Below, piece after piece: positions 30,018 to 40,900 of a stretch of DNA of 64,000 bases (position 1 is its first letter; the number at the start of each line of letters is the position of its first letter). This DNA comes from Candidatus Latescibacterota bacterium. Its GTDB lineage: Bacteria > Latescibacterota > UBA2968 > SICM01. The position numbers and the translations under genes were made by a program. The DNA is taken from NCBI GenBank assembly GCA_965217865.1, contig CBDCJO010000002.1, positions 2,656,001 to 2,720,000 of the forward strand. The letters are read 5' to 3'. Under the pieces are notes generated by a model. That model did no database searches. It worked only from the letters and a program-made list of their open reading frames with translations, and had not been told where the DNA came from.

Positions 30018-30773
30018 ATGATCATCTTTTTTACGCTCGCCTTATTCTTCAGTGCCTTTGCCGATATCCCACAACCGGAATCCGCGCTGAGGGAAGGCCT
30101 GTCCCTGTTCCGGGATGGCGAATACGATAAGGCGAAGCGGATGTTTGGGATTCATCTCTCTGTGCGTCCGGATGACCCCATAGCCCTCTACCACCTTGGC
30201 TTGACCGAAACGGACGGCCTGAAATCAAAATCCTACTTCGAGCGACTCCTACTGATAAGTCCGAAAGACTCCCTTGCCGACGAGGCCCTGTTTGAAATCG
30301 GAAAATTTTACTATGCCGGCTCCCTCAACCTTTATACAACCGCCCGACAGGAGTTCCTGCGGCTCCTTAAGGACTACCCCGATAGTCCGTTTATTCCCAA
30401 GGCCCTTTATCGCATTGGGTTGATCGACATGATCCGGGGGGATTACGAAGCCGCACGCAACCGGCTCCGAAAGGCGATTCGGGCGGATTTGAAATCCGAA
30501 ATCGCAGCACTCGCCTGGTCCGCCATCGCGGAATCCTACACGATGGAGGGGGATTTTGAAAAGACCGTTGAAGTCGCGGAGGCCCTTCGTGACCAGCTGG
30601 GCATGGACGCTGTGGCCAGCCGCCTGCTGCGGATCGCAGCGGTGGGCAACGCAAGGATGGGAAATCGTGCCCGGGCGGACAGTCTTGCAGAGCACCTGAT
30701 AACCCTATTCCCCCATAGCGACGATGCGTATCGTGTTACACGAGGAGACCGGGCCAAGGCAAAATCCGAGTGA
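30018..30773 (+). CDS. Exported TPR protein (BamD/YbgF-like)
   Basis: Signal peptide and TPR helices (YPDSPFIPKALYRIG). Confidence 0.75.
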   Translation: MIIFFTLALFFSAFADIPQPESALREGLSLFRDGEYDKAKRMFGIHLSVRPDDPIALYHLGLTETDGLKSKSYFERLLLISPKDSLADEALFEIGKFYYAGSLNLYTTARQEFLRLLKDYPDSPFIPKALYRIGLIDMIRGDYEAARNRLRKAIRADLKSEIAALAWSAIAESYTMEGDFEKTVEVAEALRDQLGMDAVASRLLRIAAVGNARMGNRARADSLAEHLITLFPHSDDAYRVTRGDRAKAKSE

Positions 30774-30903
30774 AGTCCTTTAAGACAAAACCGTGCCCCC
30801 TTAAACGTTCCAGCCGCATTCTGATGCTCCGTTCTCCCGTCCCTGAACCATTCCTGAGAATCTCCCCCTACGAATTCCTGAAATTTTTTTCCTGAGGTCT
30901 GAC

Positions 30904-33579
30904 ATGGGCCAGGACCTGACCCCCCTGATGGAGCAATACTGGAAATTCAAGAGGAAACACCAGAACGCCATCTTATTATTCCGAATGGGGGACTTTTACG
31001 AGACTTTTTATGAAGACGCGAAGCAAGCCTCTCGCATTCTGGGTCTGACCCTCACATCTCGCAACCACGGGCGGTCCGACAGCGTCCCCCTGGCCGGAGT
31101 GCCGCACCACGCCCTGGAGACCTATCTTTCCCGCCTGATCAGGGCGGGAAAGAAAGTGGCGATTTGCGAACAGGTCGAAAACCCAAAACTTGCAAAAGGA
31201 ATCGTCAAACGGGACGTGGTTCAGGTGGTGTCCCCCGGAACCGCTCTGTCGGAGAACCTTCTCGAAGGAGGGCGCAACAACTACCTGATCGGAATCGTTG
31301 AATCGGACGGAGTCTCGGGAATCGCCGCGGCTGATCTATCGACGGGCGAGTTTTCGATTCAAGAGGTCCCTTCGATTCAGTTTTTTGAGGCATTCGAAGC
31401 CTTCGGGTCTCCGGAGCTCGTCGCCCCTGAGTCCTGGGTGGAGCGAAACGGGAGCGATTTCTCCGACCGTTTCCCAGACGTCCTTTTAAGCCCGGTCGAG
31501 GATTGGACGGCGGGGCACGCTTATGCGTACGACATGCTCACGTCTCATTTCGGGGTCGCCAACCTGCGAGGTTTCGATTGCGAGGACGCTTCCACCGGAA
31601 TTTGCGCTGCGGGAGCCGTGCTCGCTTACCTGAAGGCCAACCAGGGTGGGACGATCCCCCACGTCACCCGGATCACACGCCGCAGGCCGATGGACGGCAT
31701 GGTTCTGGACACCGTCACGCAGCGCAACCTTGAAATTCTGGGTACTCTCCAGGAAGGGCATCGGGAGGGCAGCCTGATTTCAATCCTCGATCGAACCGTG
31801 ACAGCCATGGGGGGACGGATGCTTCGAGCCTGGTTATCTCACCCCCTCACCGACGGGGCTCGAATCCAAGGCCGCCTCGAGGCGGTACAGGCATTTCTGA
31901 AAGTCCGGTCCACGCGTGAGGAGGTACGAAAAACCCTCGGCGGAATTTCAGACCTGGAACGACTCATGGGAAAAATCTGTTGTCGGCGGGCAAACGGTCG
32001 AGATCTGATCGCCCTCCGGGACTCTGTTCGTACACTCCCACACCTGAAGGACCAGTTGGAAGGCCTGGATGCGCCCCTCCTTCAAAAAGCGCGGGGATCG
32101 GAGCTTCCGGACTTAGGTGACCTGGAACGATTCATCGGGGACGCCATCGCGGATGAACCCCCGGCATCGCTCACCGAAGGTGGCCTGATTCGCTCTGGAT
32201 ACAATTCCGATCTCGATGAAATCCGGGAGATCAGCAAGGGTGGGCGGACTTGGGTGGCCAACCTTCAAAAGCAAGAACGAGAGAGGACGGGCATCTCCTC
32301 TCTCAAAGTATCCTTCAACAAGGCCTTCGGCTACTATATCGAGGTCACGAACCCCAATCTGAACAAAGTGCCTGATGCCTACAGCCGGAGGCAAACCCTC
32401 GTCGGTGGTGAGCGGTTCATCACGCCGGAGCTTAAGGAATGGGAGTCGAAGATCCTCGGGGCCGATGAAAGGGCTCACGAACTCGAGTACGACCTTTTTC
32501 AAAAAGTCCGGGACCAGGTCGCCGGATGGGTCGCCCAGGTACAGGTCGCTTCGAAGACGGTCGCTCAAGTCGACGTCCTGGCGAGTTTTTCGGAGGTCGC
32601 TTCGGCGAATCGTTTCGTGCGTCCGTCCGTCGACCAGAGCGATGTCATCGAGATCCGGGCTGGCCGACACCCGGTCGTTGAGAGCCTCTTGAAGGAGGGG
32701 GAGTTTATTCCCAACGACATCCGGCTGGACTGTTCAAAAAACCAGCTCCTGATCATCACAGGCCCGAACATGAGCGGTAAGAGCACGATCCTCCGGCAGG
32801 TCGGGCTGATCTGCCTGCTCGCCCAGATCGGGAGCTTCGTACCAGGATGCTCCGCAAAAATCGGGGTTGTGGACCGTATCTTCACCCGGGTCGGCGCCTC
32901 CGACAACCTGGCTCGGGGGGAGAGCACCTTCCTCGTCGAAATGAACGAGGCGGCTAACATCTTGAACAACGCCACCTCGAAAAGCCTTGTACTCCTCGAT
33001 GAGATTGGAAGGGGGACGAGTACCTTTGACGGGCTGAGCATCGCCTGGGCGATGACCGAATATCTCCACAACTCCGGGCATCAGAAGCCCAGGACTTTAT
33101 TCGCAACCCACTACCACGAACTCACCGAACTCGAGGCGATCCTCCCCCGTGTCAAAAATTTCAATGTCACGGTGCGCGAGGAGGATGATCGAGTCGTCTT
33201 CCTTCGAAAGATTAAACCTGGGGGTTGTGACCACAGCTACGGGATCCACGTCGCGCAATTGGCGGGCATGCCCCCGTCGGTGATCGAACGGGCTAAGCAG
33301 GTCCTCGCCCGTCTCGAGCAGAACGATCTGACGCTTACAAAATCCCCTGTGCGCGCCTCTCAACGCCGAAAGTTCCTGAGGGAAAAGGCCGGGGTCGACC
33401 AGATCAGCATGCGCCTCACCGAGTCAAACCCGCTTCCTGCCGCACCCCCCCCTCCCTCTCCACACCCGGTTCTCGAGGAGATCCGTGCGATCGACGTCAG
33501 CAGGATTACACCTGTCGAGGCCCTGGTCAAGCTGGAGGCAATGAAACGGCAGATCGAAGAGAAGGGGCACGGGGAATAA
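30904..33579 (+). CDS. mutS: DNA mismatch repair protein MutS
   Basis: GDFYETF, TGPNMSGKST, DEIGRGTST and THYHEL. Confidence 0.98.
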   Translation: MGQDLTPLMEQYWKFKRKHQNAILLFRMGDFYETFYEDAKQASRILGLTLTSRNHGRSDSVPLAGVPHHALETYLSRLIRAGKKVAICEQVENPKLAKGIVKRDVVQVVSPGTALSENLLEGGRNNYLIGIVESDGVSGIAAADLSTGEFSIQEVPSIQFFEAFEAFGSPELVAPESWVERNGSDFSDRFPDVLLSPVEDWTAGHAYAYDMLTSHFGVANLRGFDCEDASTGICAAGAVLAYLKANQGGTIPHVTRITRRRPMDGMVLDTVTQRNLEILGTLQEGHREGSLISILDRTVTAMGGRMLRAWLSHPLTDGARIQGRLEAVQAFLKVRSTREEVRKTLGGISDLERLMGKICCRRANGRDLIALRDSVRTLPHLKDQLEGLDAPLLQKARGSELPDLGDLERFIGDAIADEPPASLTEGGLIRSGYNSDLDEIREISKGGRTWVANLQKQERERTGISSLKVSFNKAFGYYIEVTNPNLNKVPDAYSRRQTLVGGERFITPELKEWESKILGADERAHELEYDLFQKVRDQVAGWVAQVQVASKTVAQVDVLASFSEVASANRFVRPSVDQSDVIEIRAGRHPVVESLLKEGEFIPNDIRLDCSKNQLLIITGPNMSGKSTILRQVGLICLLAQIGSFVPGCSAKIGVVDRIFTRVGASDNLARGESTFLVEMNEAANILNNATSKSLVLLDEIGRGTSTFDGLSIAWAMTEYLHNSGHQKPRTLFATHYHELTELEAILPRVKNFNVTVREEDDRVVFLRKIKPGGCDHSYGIHVAQLAGMPPSVIERAKQVLARLEQNDLTLTKSPVRASQRRKFLREKAGVDQISMRLTESNPLPAAPPPPSPHPVLEEIRAIDVSRITPVEALVKLEAMKRQIEEKGHGE

Positions 33580-33616
33580 CACCTGGATGAATTGTCCCAG
33601 TTGAGGAAATCTGCGA

Positions 33617-34150
33617 ATGCGCAAGAATATCGTTCTGACTTTGGCCGGTCATGACCGGATAGGGATTGTCGAGCGGATCACCAAGGAAGTCTTGAACGGC
33701 GGGGGAAATATAGTGGGGAGTCGAATGGCGCGTTTGGGGGGTGAATTTGCGATGCTGTTCCTCGTTTCCGTTCCTCCTGGGAAGTTGGAAGACCTGATGC
33801 AGGATGTTAGCGCCTTGCGGGAGGAAGGATATGCGGTGACGACGCGCGAAACTGGAGAGGGCGATCCCGCGAAGTTCGCGGGCTGGATGCCTTACCGGAT
33901 CGAGGTCAGCGGCGCGGACCACGAGGGGATCATCCACCACATAACCCAGCGTCTGGCGGTCCACAACATCAACATCGAAACCATGGACACGGAAACGGTC
34001 AAAGCCCCCATGAGCGGAACCCCGCTTTTTGTGATGACAGCCGTTGTGCTTGCACCTCCAGAATTCACTCACCGTGGATTGCAGGACGACTTAAATGCCG
34101 TTAGCAACGATCTAAATGTCGATATCGAAGTCTCGCCCCACACGGGGTAA
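33617..34150 (+). CDS. GcvR-like tandem ACT domain protein
   Basis: GHDRIGIV, SRMARLGGEFA and GADHEGII. Confidence 0.88.
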   Translation: MRKNIVLTLAGHDRIGIVERITKEVLNGGGNIVGSRMARLGGEFAMLFLVSVPPGKLEDLMQDVSALREEGYAVTTRETGEGDPAKFAGWMPYRIEVSGADHEGIIHHITQRLAVHNINIETMDTETVKAPMSGTPLFVMTAVVLAPPEFTHRGLQDDLNAVSNDLNVDIEVSPHTG

Positions 34151-34241
34151 ACCTCCTCTCTATTGACGATGAGCTGATAATGTATCGGTTTTAACTTCTC
34201 TGACCTCCGGCCCCTCCCCTTTGCATTATCCATTTTGCATT

Positions 34242-35087
34242 TTACATTTCCATGTTCTCATCCATGAAGATCGGTGAACCTTTCAGGTCCGCAGGCGGAT
34301 CCGAGTAAGCTTCAACAACTTCCCTGAGGTCCACCGACGGATGGATCCGGTCCTTTAGCTTTTCGACAGCCTCCTTTAACGCTTCCTTCGATTGTAGACG
34401 CCCATCGACTGAAGCCACGACCACCACGTTCGACCGTCCGCGAACGCGAAACAGCACCATCGGGCCAAAAACCGTTTGAAAGGTCTTCAACATCGACTTG
34501 AAGACAGCTGTCTTCCACCGAATAATGTTAGATAAAACGACCCCCCCCTCCGCGATCGCCGCCTTCACTTCCCGCAGAAACTCCAGCGTGGTCAGGTGAA
34601 CCGGGACAGAACCTTCGCAAAAGGCATCCAGAACGACGATGTCGTATTCCTTCTTTCTTTCCCGGATGAAAGACCTGCCGTCGGATATCCAAATGCGGTA
34701 GGCTGAATCCTCCTGAACAAAAAAATGCTGCTTGCCAAACGCGACAACATCCGGGTCGATTTCGACCACATCGATCTCGAGCTCCGGATAACCCGCCCGG
34801 AGCAACCGGGGAAAACTCCCAGCGCCAAGCCCGATCATCAGCACTTTTCGAAGGTTGTTCACAAACGCCAGACCGATCGGGAGGTAGCGGGTGTAAGGAA
34901 GGGCCATCGCCACCGGATCAGTCGGATCGACCGCACCCTGAAGAGGCCCCCGGCCGAACTTCAAAGTCCGCACACGGCCTTCTTGGGTAACCCGAATCTG
35001 ATGGTGGGCCGATCTTTTTTCAATATTCAAAACTTTCCCTCTTTGGCAGTCCTTACCGTCCCGGGCAAATGATATCCCCCGTCTCAA
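34242..35087 (-). CDS. Spermidine synthase-like SAM-dependent methyltransferase
   Basis: IGLGAG, VEIDP, DGRSF, YDIVVLDAF and HLTTLEF. Start uncertain. Confidence 0.85.
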   Translation of the reverse strand: MRRGISFARDGKDCQRGKVLNIEKRSAHHQIRVTQEGRVRTLKFGRGPLQGAVDPTDPVAMALPYTRYLPIGLAFVNNLRKVLMIGLGAGSFPRLLRAGYPELEIDVVEIDPDVVAFGKQHFFVQEDSAYRIWISDGRSFIRERKKEYDIVVLDAFCEGSVPVHLTTLEFLREVKAAIAEGGVVLSNIIRWKTAVFKSMLKTFQTVFGPMVLFRVRGRSNVVVVASVDGRLQSKEALKEAVEKLKDRIHPSVDLREVVEAYSDPPADLKGSPIFMDENMEM

Positions 35088-35262
35088 ACCTTGTCAAGGG
35101 CATAGTGCCGCCTTCCTCATTTTCTCTTGCGCCGCTCAATAATCGGGCCTATTATTTCGTCCCTTCTGAGTGCGAAACCCGCGATAGTTACGCGCTGATT
35201 AGAAGATTCATAAGGAAAACTTGAGCTTTTCAAATATTCAATTTACCGATATTCAATATTCA

Positions 35263-36468
35263 ATGAATCAACGTCCACCCATCTGGGACCTGCTTAACCG
35301 ACGCTTCGTGACCCTGTGGATCATCTCATTCTCCAGTGGAGCGTTCACCGCCCCGGCCTTTTCCCTCCTTGCCATCTATATTGAATCGGTCCTTCAAAAA
35401 CCACCGATCTTCTCCGCGGGGCTCCGGGCGGCGTTGCTCGTCGTTGGGGGTTTCGTTGCCATCCTCGGGGGGGCCCTCTGTGACAGTATCGGCCGAAAGC
35501 ATACCTACCTTCTTGGAATGACCGGGGGAGTCCTGGCCGGCCTCCTGTTTATCAGCACCTCGCCGTCTGTATTGATCGTTCTTTGTCTTTACAACGGTAT
35601 CTGTTTCGGTTTTTTGACAACCGCTTCCCAGAGCTACATGATGGACTCGGTCTCAGGCAGGTCCCTCGGACTGGGAGCGGCAATCTACTTTATCGGGAAT
35701 ACCCTCGGCCACTCAACGGGTAATTTCATTCTGGCTCCGTTGGCTGATACGGTCGGCTTCCGGATTTTGGGTTGGATTATGACCGGGGGAATGTCGGCCT
35801 TGTTTTTCGGAACCCTCTTCCTGCTTCCGGGAAGTCAACCGAACTTTGCGGGGCAGCCACAAAGGTCCGTCCGGAAGACTCTGGCCGGGTATCCGGATCT
35901 GTTTCAGAGGCCTTTGCCCCTCATGCTGATGGGCTTGCGGTTTCTTCCAACATGCTACTGGGGCGCTGCAACGCTCCTGATCCCTTTACTCATCTTTAGA
36001 GCAACCGGTACAAGCACGGCTGCGGCTCACTTTTCGGCGGTAAGCCTCATCGTAGCCGCTTGCTTCCAGCTGGTTGTGGGAAGGCTCTGCGATCGATTTG
36101 GCCGGAAGCGACCCGTCCTCATCGCCAGCTTCTTCGTGACCCTCAGCGCCCTCGGGACCGGGATCTGCATTCGATCGTTTGAAGGTCTATACCTCTTCGG
36201 TGTAATCGGCGCAGCGTCGGCATGGTCCCTCTCCACAACCATGCCGGGGTTGATAAACGATATCGTCGGTCCGGAGGAAAAGGGGAGGATGGTGGGAGCC
36301 GCTCACCTGGCCTGGAGTCTGGGCATGACCTCCGGGAGCATCGGAGGAGGATGGCTGGTGACGTTCCAACCCGCCCTGCCTTTCTATATTACTTCAATTC
36401 TCTGTGCACTGGCCTTCTTCCTGGCCTGGAGGATATGTTGTCGAATCTATCCAGTCAGAGTCGCTTGA
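35263..36468 (+). CDS. MFS transporter
   Basis: Twelve TM segments; motif A as GALCDSIGRK and GRLCDRFGRK. Confidence 0.92.
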   Translation: MNQRPPIWDLLNRRFVTLWIISFSSGAFTAPAFSLLAIYIESVLQKPPIFSAGLRAALLVVGGFVAILGGALCDSIGRKHTYLLGMTGGVLAGLLFISTSPSVLIVLCLYNGICFGFLTTASQSYMMDSVSGRSLGLGAAIYFIGNTLGHSTGNFILAPLADTVGFRILGWIMTGGMSALFFGTLFLLPGSQPNFAGQPQRSVRKTLAGYPDLFQRPLPLMLMGLRFLPTCYWGAATLLIPLLIFRATGTSTAAAHFSAVSLIVAACFQLVVGRLCDRFGRKRPVLIASFFVTLSALGTGICIRSFEGLYLFGVIGAASAWSLSTTMPGLINDIVGPEEKGRMVGAAHLAWSLGMTSGSIGGGWLVTFQPALPFYITSILCALAFFLAWRICCRIYPVRVA

Positions 36469-37934
36469 ACCCAATCGGTCTATCCATCTCTGCCTGCGCA
36501 TTCCTCCTCTACTATTGGACAGCAGCACCCACCCTCACGTGGGGGGGCGGCGATAGCGCAAAACTCGCGATTTGGGTATTTCAGGGAGAGGTGGGCTACG
36601 CACCCGAGTCCCATCCGCTCTACGTTATACTTGGCCGGATCTTTGCCCGGCTGCCCCTTGGAGGGGACCTGGCCTACCGGCTCAACCTGTTCTCCGCGTT
36701 TTGTTCAGGCCTGGCGGTCTACGCGATGTTCCTCATAACCCGAAGGATGGCCGGAACGGACTTTCCTGCCGCCTGCGCGTCCTCCGCCTTTGCCCTCTCC
36801 CACACCTTCTGGCTCCACGCCGTCATCACCGAAGTCTATGCCCTCCACATTCTTTTCCTTTTGGTCACTTTGGGGAGTTTCCTTCGGTGGGCCGGGTCAG
36901 GGGAAAGTCTCTACCTTTACCTCGCTTCTGGTCTGTTTGGCGCCGGGGTTTCAAACCATATCCTGATGACCTGGGCCGTTCCCGGAATAATCTATCTCCT
37001 GATATCTCATCGAAGGGAACTCCGAACCCGTCTTGTGATCGGGTCTCTGGCTTCATGCTGCCTGGGCTTGTCGCCACTCATATTTGCGTGGATCCAGGGG
37101 GCTCAAACATCAGGGTTCCTTGAAACACTTCGGGTCGCCGCCGGGATAGGTTACGCGGGCTCCCTGAATTTCCAGGGTGGGAGATTGCCGCTCTACCTTG
37201 CCTACCTCTTCTACCAGTTTCCGGTCGTGGGGTTCGCCCTGGGTTGGATCGGTCTTCCCTGGCTGATTCGTCGAAACCGACCCGCCTTTTTGGCCCTGAC
37301 CCTGTCGGGCATTCCCTACCTCCTCTTTCCGTTAATGTGGGATTTCAGGGACCATTACCAGTTTGCTCTGTCCTTCTATGCATGCTTTGCAGCGCTGATC
37401 GCGCCCGGCGTGTGTGCCTTGAGAGAACGCTTAACGCGCGGTGCCCTTACCCCTCTGGCTCTCCTTCTTCTGATCGCTTTTCCTCTGTCCACATACGCGA
37501 CAACCCCGTTCCTGTCTCGCGCCTTCGGGATCGACCTCGTCAAAGCGCGAACGCTCCCCTATCGGGACAATGCTTCCTATTTTCTGAACCCCTCAAAACG
37601 TGGGGATGACGGCGCCAGACGTTACGCGTCCGAGACGCTGAAGATTCTGGCCCCGAACGCCGTCATCGTCGGAGACTACACGCCGGCACTCGTCATGACC
37701 TATCTGCAGGAGGTAGAGGGCCTTAGGCCCGACATCAGGATTTACTACACTTCACACGTAAAGGAGCAACTTCGGCTGATCTCTGAATGGATCGACCACC
37801 GGCCCGTATACGTTGCGACCCTGGAAACCCGCGGCCTGCCGTCCGACTTGTATCTTCGTCGGGAAAGCCTTCTTCCCGATTACGAAGCGATCCCGACCCC
37901 ACCCGTCTTCAGAATCGAGAAAGGAACGCAGTGA
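36435..37934 (+). CDS. DUF2723-family GT-C glycosyltransferase (TMEM260-like)
   Basis: APTLTWGGGDS, HPLYVILG, AYRLNLFSA, FWLHAVITEVYAL and NH motifs; GGAGG RBS. Confidence 0.82.
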   Translation: MLSNLSSQSRLNPIGLSISACAFLLYYWTAAPTLTWGGGDSAKLAIWVFQGEVGYAPESHPLYVILGRIFARLPLGGDLAYRLNLFSAFCSGLAVYAMFLITRRMAGTDFPAACASSAFALSHTFWLHAVITEVYALHILFLLVTLGSFLRWAGSGESLYLYLASGLFGAGVSNHILMTWAVPGIIYLLISHRRELRTRLVIGSLASCCLGLSPLIFAWIQGAQTSGFLETLRVAAGIGYAGSLNFQGGRLPLYLAYLFYQFPVVGFALGWIGLPWLIRRNRPAFLALTLSGIPYLLFPLMWDFRDHYQFALSFYACFAALIAPGVCALRERLTRGALTPLALLLLIAFPLSTYATTPFLSRAFGIDLVKARTLPYRDNASYFLNPSKRGDDGARRYASETLKILAPNAVIVGDYTPALVMTYLQEVEGLRPDIRIYYTSHVKEQLRLISEWIDHRPVYVATLETRGLPSDLYLRRESLLPDYEAIPTPPVFRIEKGTQ

Positions 37935-38085
37935 AGGAGCCCATGGCAAGGTTGCTTTTGAATCGACCAAATATCACGTGTCTTGAATGTCATCCTATCG
38001 TTGGTTTCAATCGGCTCAACCGAAACCAATAAAGATGTCCGCATCTTGCGGAGAAGTTGAAAGGTAAGACTCTATATTCTGCTTT

Positions 38086-40269
38086 ATGAACAATCCTCTA
38101 TTTTCAATCCCGAATTATCTAAAATTCCGCCTGCTGGCCATCCCCCCCCTTCTCCTCATGGTGGCCCTTGCACACGGCCTGATCAACGAACCGCCACCCT
38201 TTCTCTCCTTCCTTCTGTTGTTTTTCGGCCTTTTCCTCCTACCCGGAGGGCTCCTCCTGAGATACACGTCGGGAGTCGGTCCGATCGGGATCCTCGAGGC
38301 GGTATCCCTCGCTTTCGCCCTCGGCCTGTCCGTCTTCGCAGTGGAAGGGATTTTCGCCTTTTTACTCGGCCTGTCTTACGGAAATTTATGCGTCCTTTCC
38401 GCAGTGGTCTCTACAGGTCTCGCCTGCCTTCCAAAAGTCGCGACCGTGCGTCTGAGACCGTTTTGGAGACCCGAGTGGGGAATACTTCTGATAAGTCTCG
38501 GCATCGCGGCCCTGGCCTTCTATTTAGGCGGTTACAACCCAACCGGGAACGATCCGTGGTACCATATCGCCAAAATCCGCCGGATGGCCGGGATCGGACA
38601 GGCCGTTGAGACGGATGTGCTATTCCTGGGATCGGGGGTAAGCCCGTCTTATGGTTATAACATCTGGCATCTTGCCCTTGCCGTTATGACAGACTTATCG
38701 AACGCGGATGCGTTTGCCGCCTGGTTTTTTATGATCCCCCTCCTCGCCTTCCTTCAGGTTCCGGCATATTATGCCTTCGCCCGGGAACTGTTCGATGAAC
38801 GCTCACTGGGCTTCTGCGCCGCATTTCTGTTTGTAGTTTTCATCCTCCTGGATGCCATGGCGATGTCCTGGATAGCGGCCCCCGTACCTTTTTTGGTTGC
38901 CCACCACCTCCTCTTCTTTCCGGCCATGACCTTTGCCCTTAGATCGACTAAAGAACGTGGTCCCATTCTCCCCATCGCGGCCGGATTCGTAGGAGGGTCG
39001 GCATTTATGGTTCACGCCTTCACGCCGTTTTACCTCCTGATTGCAGTCTGCGGCTTCGCTCTGATGATCTTCATATTTCGCAAAAATCAAGGGGCCGCAA
39101 TTCGTTCGCTTCTGATGGCGGGCCTCTGTACTGCAGCGTTCTCCGTGCCTTATGGTCTGGTTCGGTCCAAAACCTTCATGCCTGTGGGGACCTATTACCT
39201 CCACGTGGAGGGGGACAAAGCCCTTTGGCTCACAGACGATGCCTATGTCGTCCACCCGCGTTACCTCCGCCGAATGCCCGTCCGAATCGCAGGATTCCTC
39301 CTCTTTCCCCTGGTCCTGGGTGCGATCAAACGGCGCCGTTGGGCCCTCTATTGTGCGTCCGGGATGGCCATCCCACCGCTGGTGATGTTCAATCCCATTC
39401 TGGTCCCTGTGATCGCTGAGTTCGCTTCCCTCACTTTTGTCTCCAGACTGCTGGTCCTTTTTCCGGCCGTAGAGGTTTGCACTGCGGTGTTTTGCTGCGC
39501 GATCGTCCCGATGACCCTGGCCTGGTGGAGACGTGCACCCCGTGGGAGGTGGCTGGCTTTGATCGCCGTTACTGCCCTGATGGCCGTCACCTGGTCCGGG
39601 GCCGAAAAGACATACGCTTGGCTGTTGGCGAACAAGGATATGGCGACATCGGTGATCGCGTGGGGATCCGGGCTGCTGATCGCAGCCGGAGTGGCCCTGG
39701 TGGCTTTCGCTGCGGCCAGACGAGAACAGTCATGGCCCCCGTGGAATCCCTTTCGGTTTCCTCCTGCCCCACGTCTCGCGATGGGTTTGACAGTTGCGTT
39801 GACGGTCCTCGCCTGTACGATCGTGCTTCCTCCGATGGTGAGGAACTATCGCAATCCGATACACTATCTCCATTTTCAGCAGGGGTCCAGCCCCGGAGGC
39901 GTGTTCGGATTTCTCAAAAACCTCCCCGGACCAACGGTTATTCTGGCCGATGATGCCACCAGTTCAAAGATCCCTGCCTTAACCGGTCACTATATAGTCG
40001 CAACCGCCTATTCCCACGATCCCATCCGGGATTGGACCGAACGAAAAAAGACCCGGGATGGTCTTCTTTCGGGCGATGGAGATTGGGATCAGGCCGTATC
40101 CAGGCTCCGAAGTTTTGATGTGGGGTATGTCCTGGCCGAAGAGGGTAAAATCACCACCCGCGCCATGCGTCGGCTCGACGGGAATCCCGTAGATTTAATC
40201 CGATGCTATCGTGAGGGGGGATACACCGTTTGGAAAGTAAAATCACCTATATCTTCAAGTGATATATAA
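38086..40269 (+). CDS. Polytopic membrane protein, probable GT-C-fold glycosyltransferase
   Basis: Many TM segments, GNDPWYH in the first external loop and a soluble C-terminal domain (IPALTG...FDVGYVL). Confidence 0.6.
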   Translation: MNNPLFSIPNYLKFRLLAIPPLLLMVALAHGLINEPPPFLSFLLLFFGLFLLPGGLLLRYTSGVGPIGILEAVSLAFALGLSVFAVEGIFAFLLGLSYGNLCVLSAVVSTGLACLPKVATVRLRPFWRPEWGILLISLGIAALAFYLGGYNPTGNDPWYHIAKIRRMAGIGQAVETDVLFLGSGVSPSYGYNIWHLALAVMTDLSNADAFAAWFFMIPLLAFLQVPAYYAFARELFDERSLGFCAAFLFVVFILLDAMAMSWIAAPVPFLVAHHLLFFPAMTFALRSTKERGPILPIAAGFVGGSAFMVHAFTPFYLLIAVCGFALMIFIFRKNQGAAIRSLLMAGLCTAAFSVPYGLVRSKTFMPVGTYYLHVEGDKALWLTDDAYVVHPRYLRRMPVRIAGFLLFPLVLGAIKRRRWALYCASGMAIPPLVMFNPILVPVIAEFASLTFVSRLLVLFPAVEVCTAVFCCAIVPMTLAWWRRAPRGRWLALIAVTALMAVTWSGAEKTYAWLLANKDMATSVIAWGSGLLIAAGVALVAFAAARREQSWPPWNPFRFPPAPRLAMGLTVALTVLACTIVLPPMVRNYRNPIHYLHFQQGSSPGGVFGFLKNLPGPTVILADDATSSKIPALTGHYIVATAYSHDPIRDWTERKKTRDGLLSGDGDWDQAVSRLRSFDVGYVLAEEGKITTRAMRRLDGNPVDLIRCYREGGYTVWKVKSPISSSDI

Positions 40270-40292
40270 ACTTATAAACTTAATACGTTAAA

Positions 40293-40343
40293 CTTGACGT
40301 AACGTAAAGACCTTGACATAACGTTAATGATAAGGTATATTGT
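40293..40343 (+). promoter_or_regulatory. MerR-type promoter and operator
   Basis: TTGACA (40313)-19bp-TATTGT (40338). Near-palindrome CTTGACGTAACGTAAAG at 40293-40309 is repeated as CTTGACATAACGTTAAT at 40312-40328. ACCTT..AAGGT dyad at 40310-40336. Confidence 0.7.
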
Positions 40344-40372
40344 TGTCGGTCCATTCACAGGAAGGAAATATT

Positions 40373-40843
40373 ATGTCCACCTCAACGCTGATGCACATTG
40401 GAGAATTGGCTCGCAAAGCCGAAATCTCGACTCGAACCCTCCGCTTCTACGAGCAGCAGGGTCTCCTGTCCCCGGCCGTGCGCACCGAGGGAGGCATACG
40501 GATCTATTCGGAGGATCAGCTTCGGAAGGTCAAATTGATCCAGCTCCTCAAATCCCTCGGCCTTAGCCTGAATAAGATCAAAGAGTATCTGTTCATGAAA
40601 GAACTGGACTACAAGGGCGGGCAGGTTGCCGAGGAGGTTCGGCGGCTTTTGACGGCTCAGATTAAGCAGGTGGAAAAAAAGATCGACGAGTATGCACACG
40701 CAAAAACGGAACTCGAATGGGCATACGAAACGCTGGAAGATTGTCTTCCCTGTTCCCTTAAGCCATCTGAACGGCACTGCCCTTGCGATATATTGACCGA
40801 GCGCCACAAGGAGTTCCCCCTCATGGTCGAGATGCTCGTCTGA
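40373..40843 (+). CDS. MerR-family transcriptional regulator with a C-terminal Cys cluster
   Basis: HIGELARKAEISTRTLRFYEQQGLL HTH, coiled coil and CLPC-x8-CPC. Confidence 0.92.
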   Translation: MSTSTLMHIGELARKAEISTRTLRFYEQQGLLSPAVRTEGGIRIYSEDQLRKVKLIQLLKSLGLSLNKIKEYLFMKELDYKGGQVAEEVRRLLTAQIKQVEKKIDEYAHAKTELEWAYETLEDCLPCSLKPSERHCPCDILTERHKEFPLMVEMLV

Positions 40844-40900
40844 TTATCTTAAATCCCGAACCCAAGGGATTATTAGCCACCAACGGAGGAAAGTAAATTA

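Noticed and set aside
30842-30896. CCTGA/TTCCTGA direct repeats upstream of mutS
   Set aside because: They are short and irregularly spaced, so cannot be told from chance.
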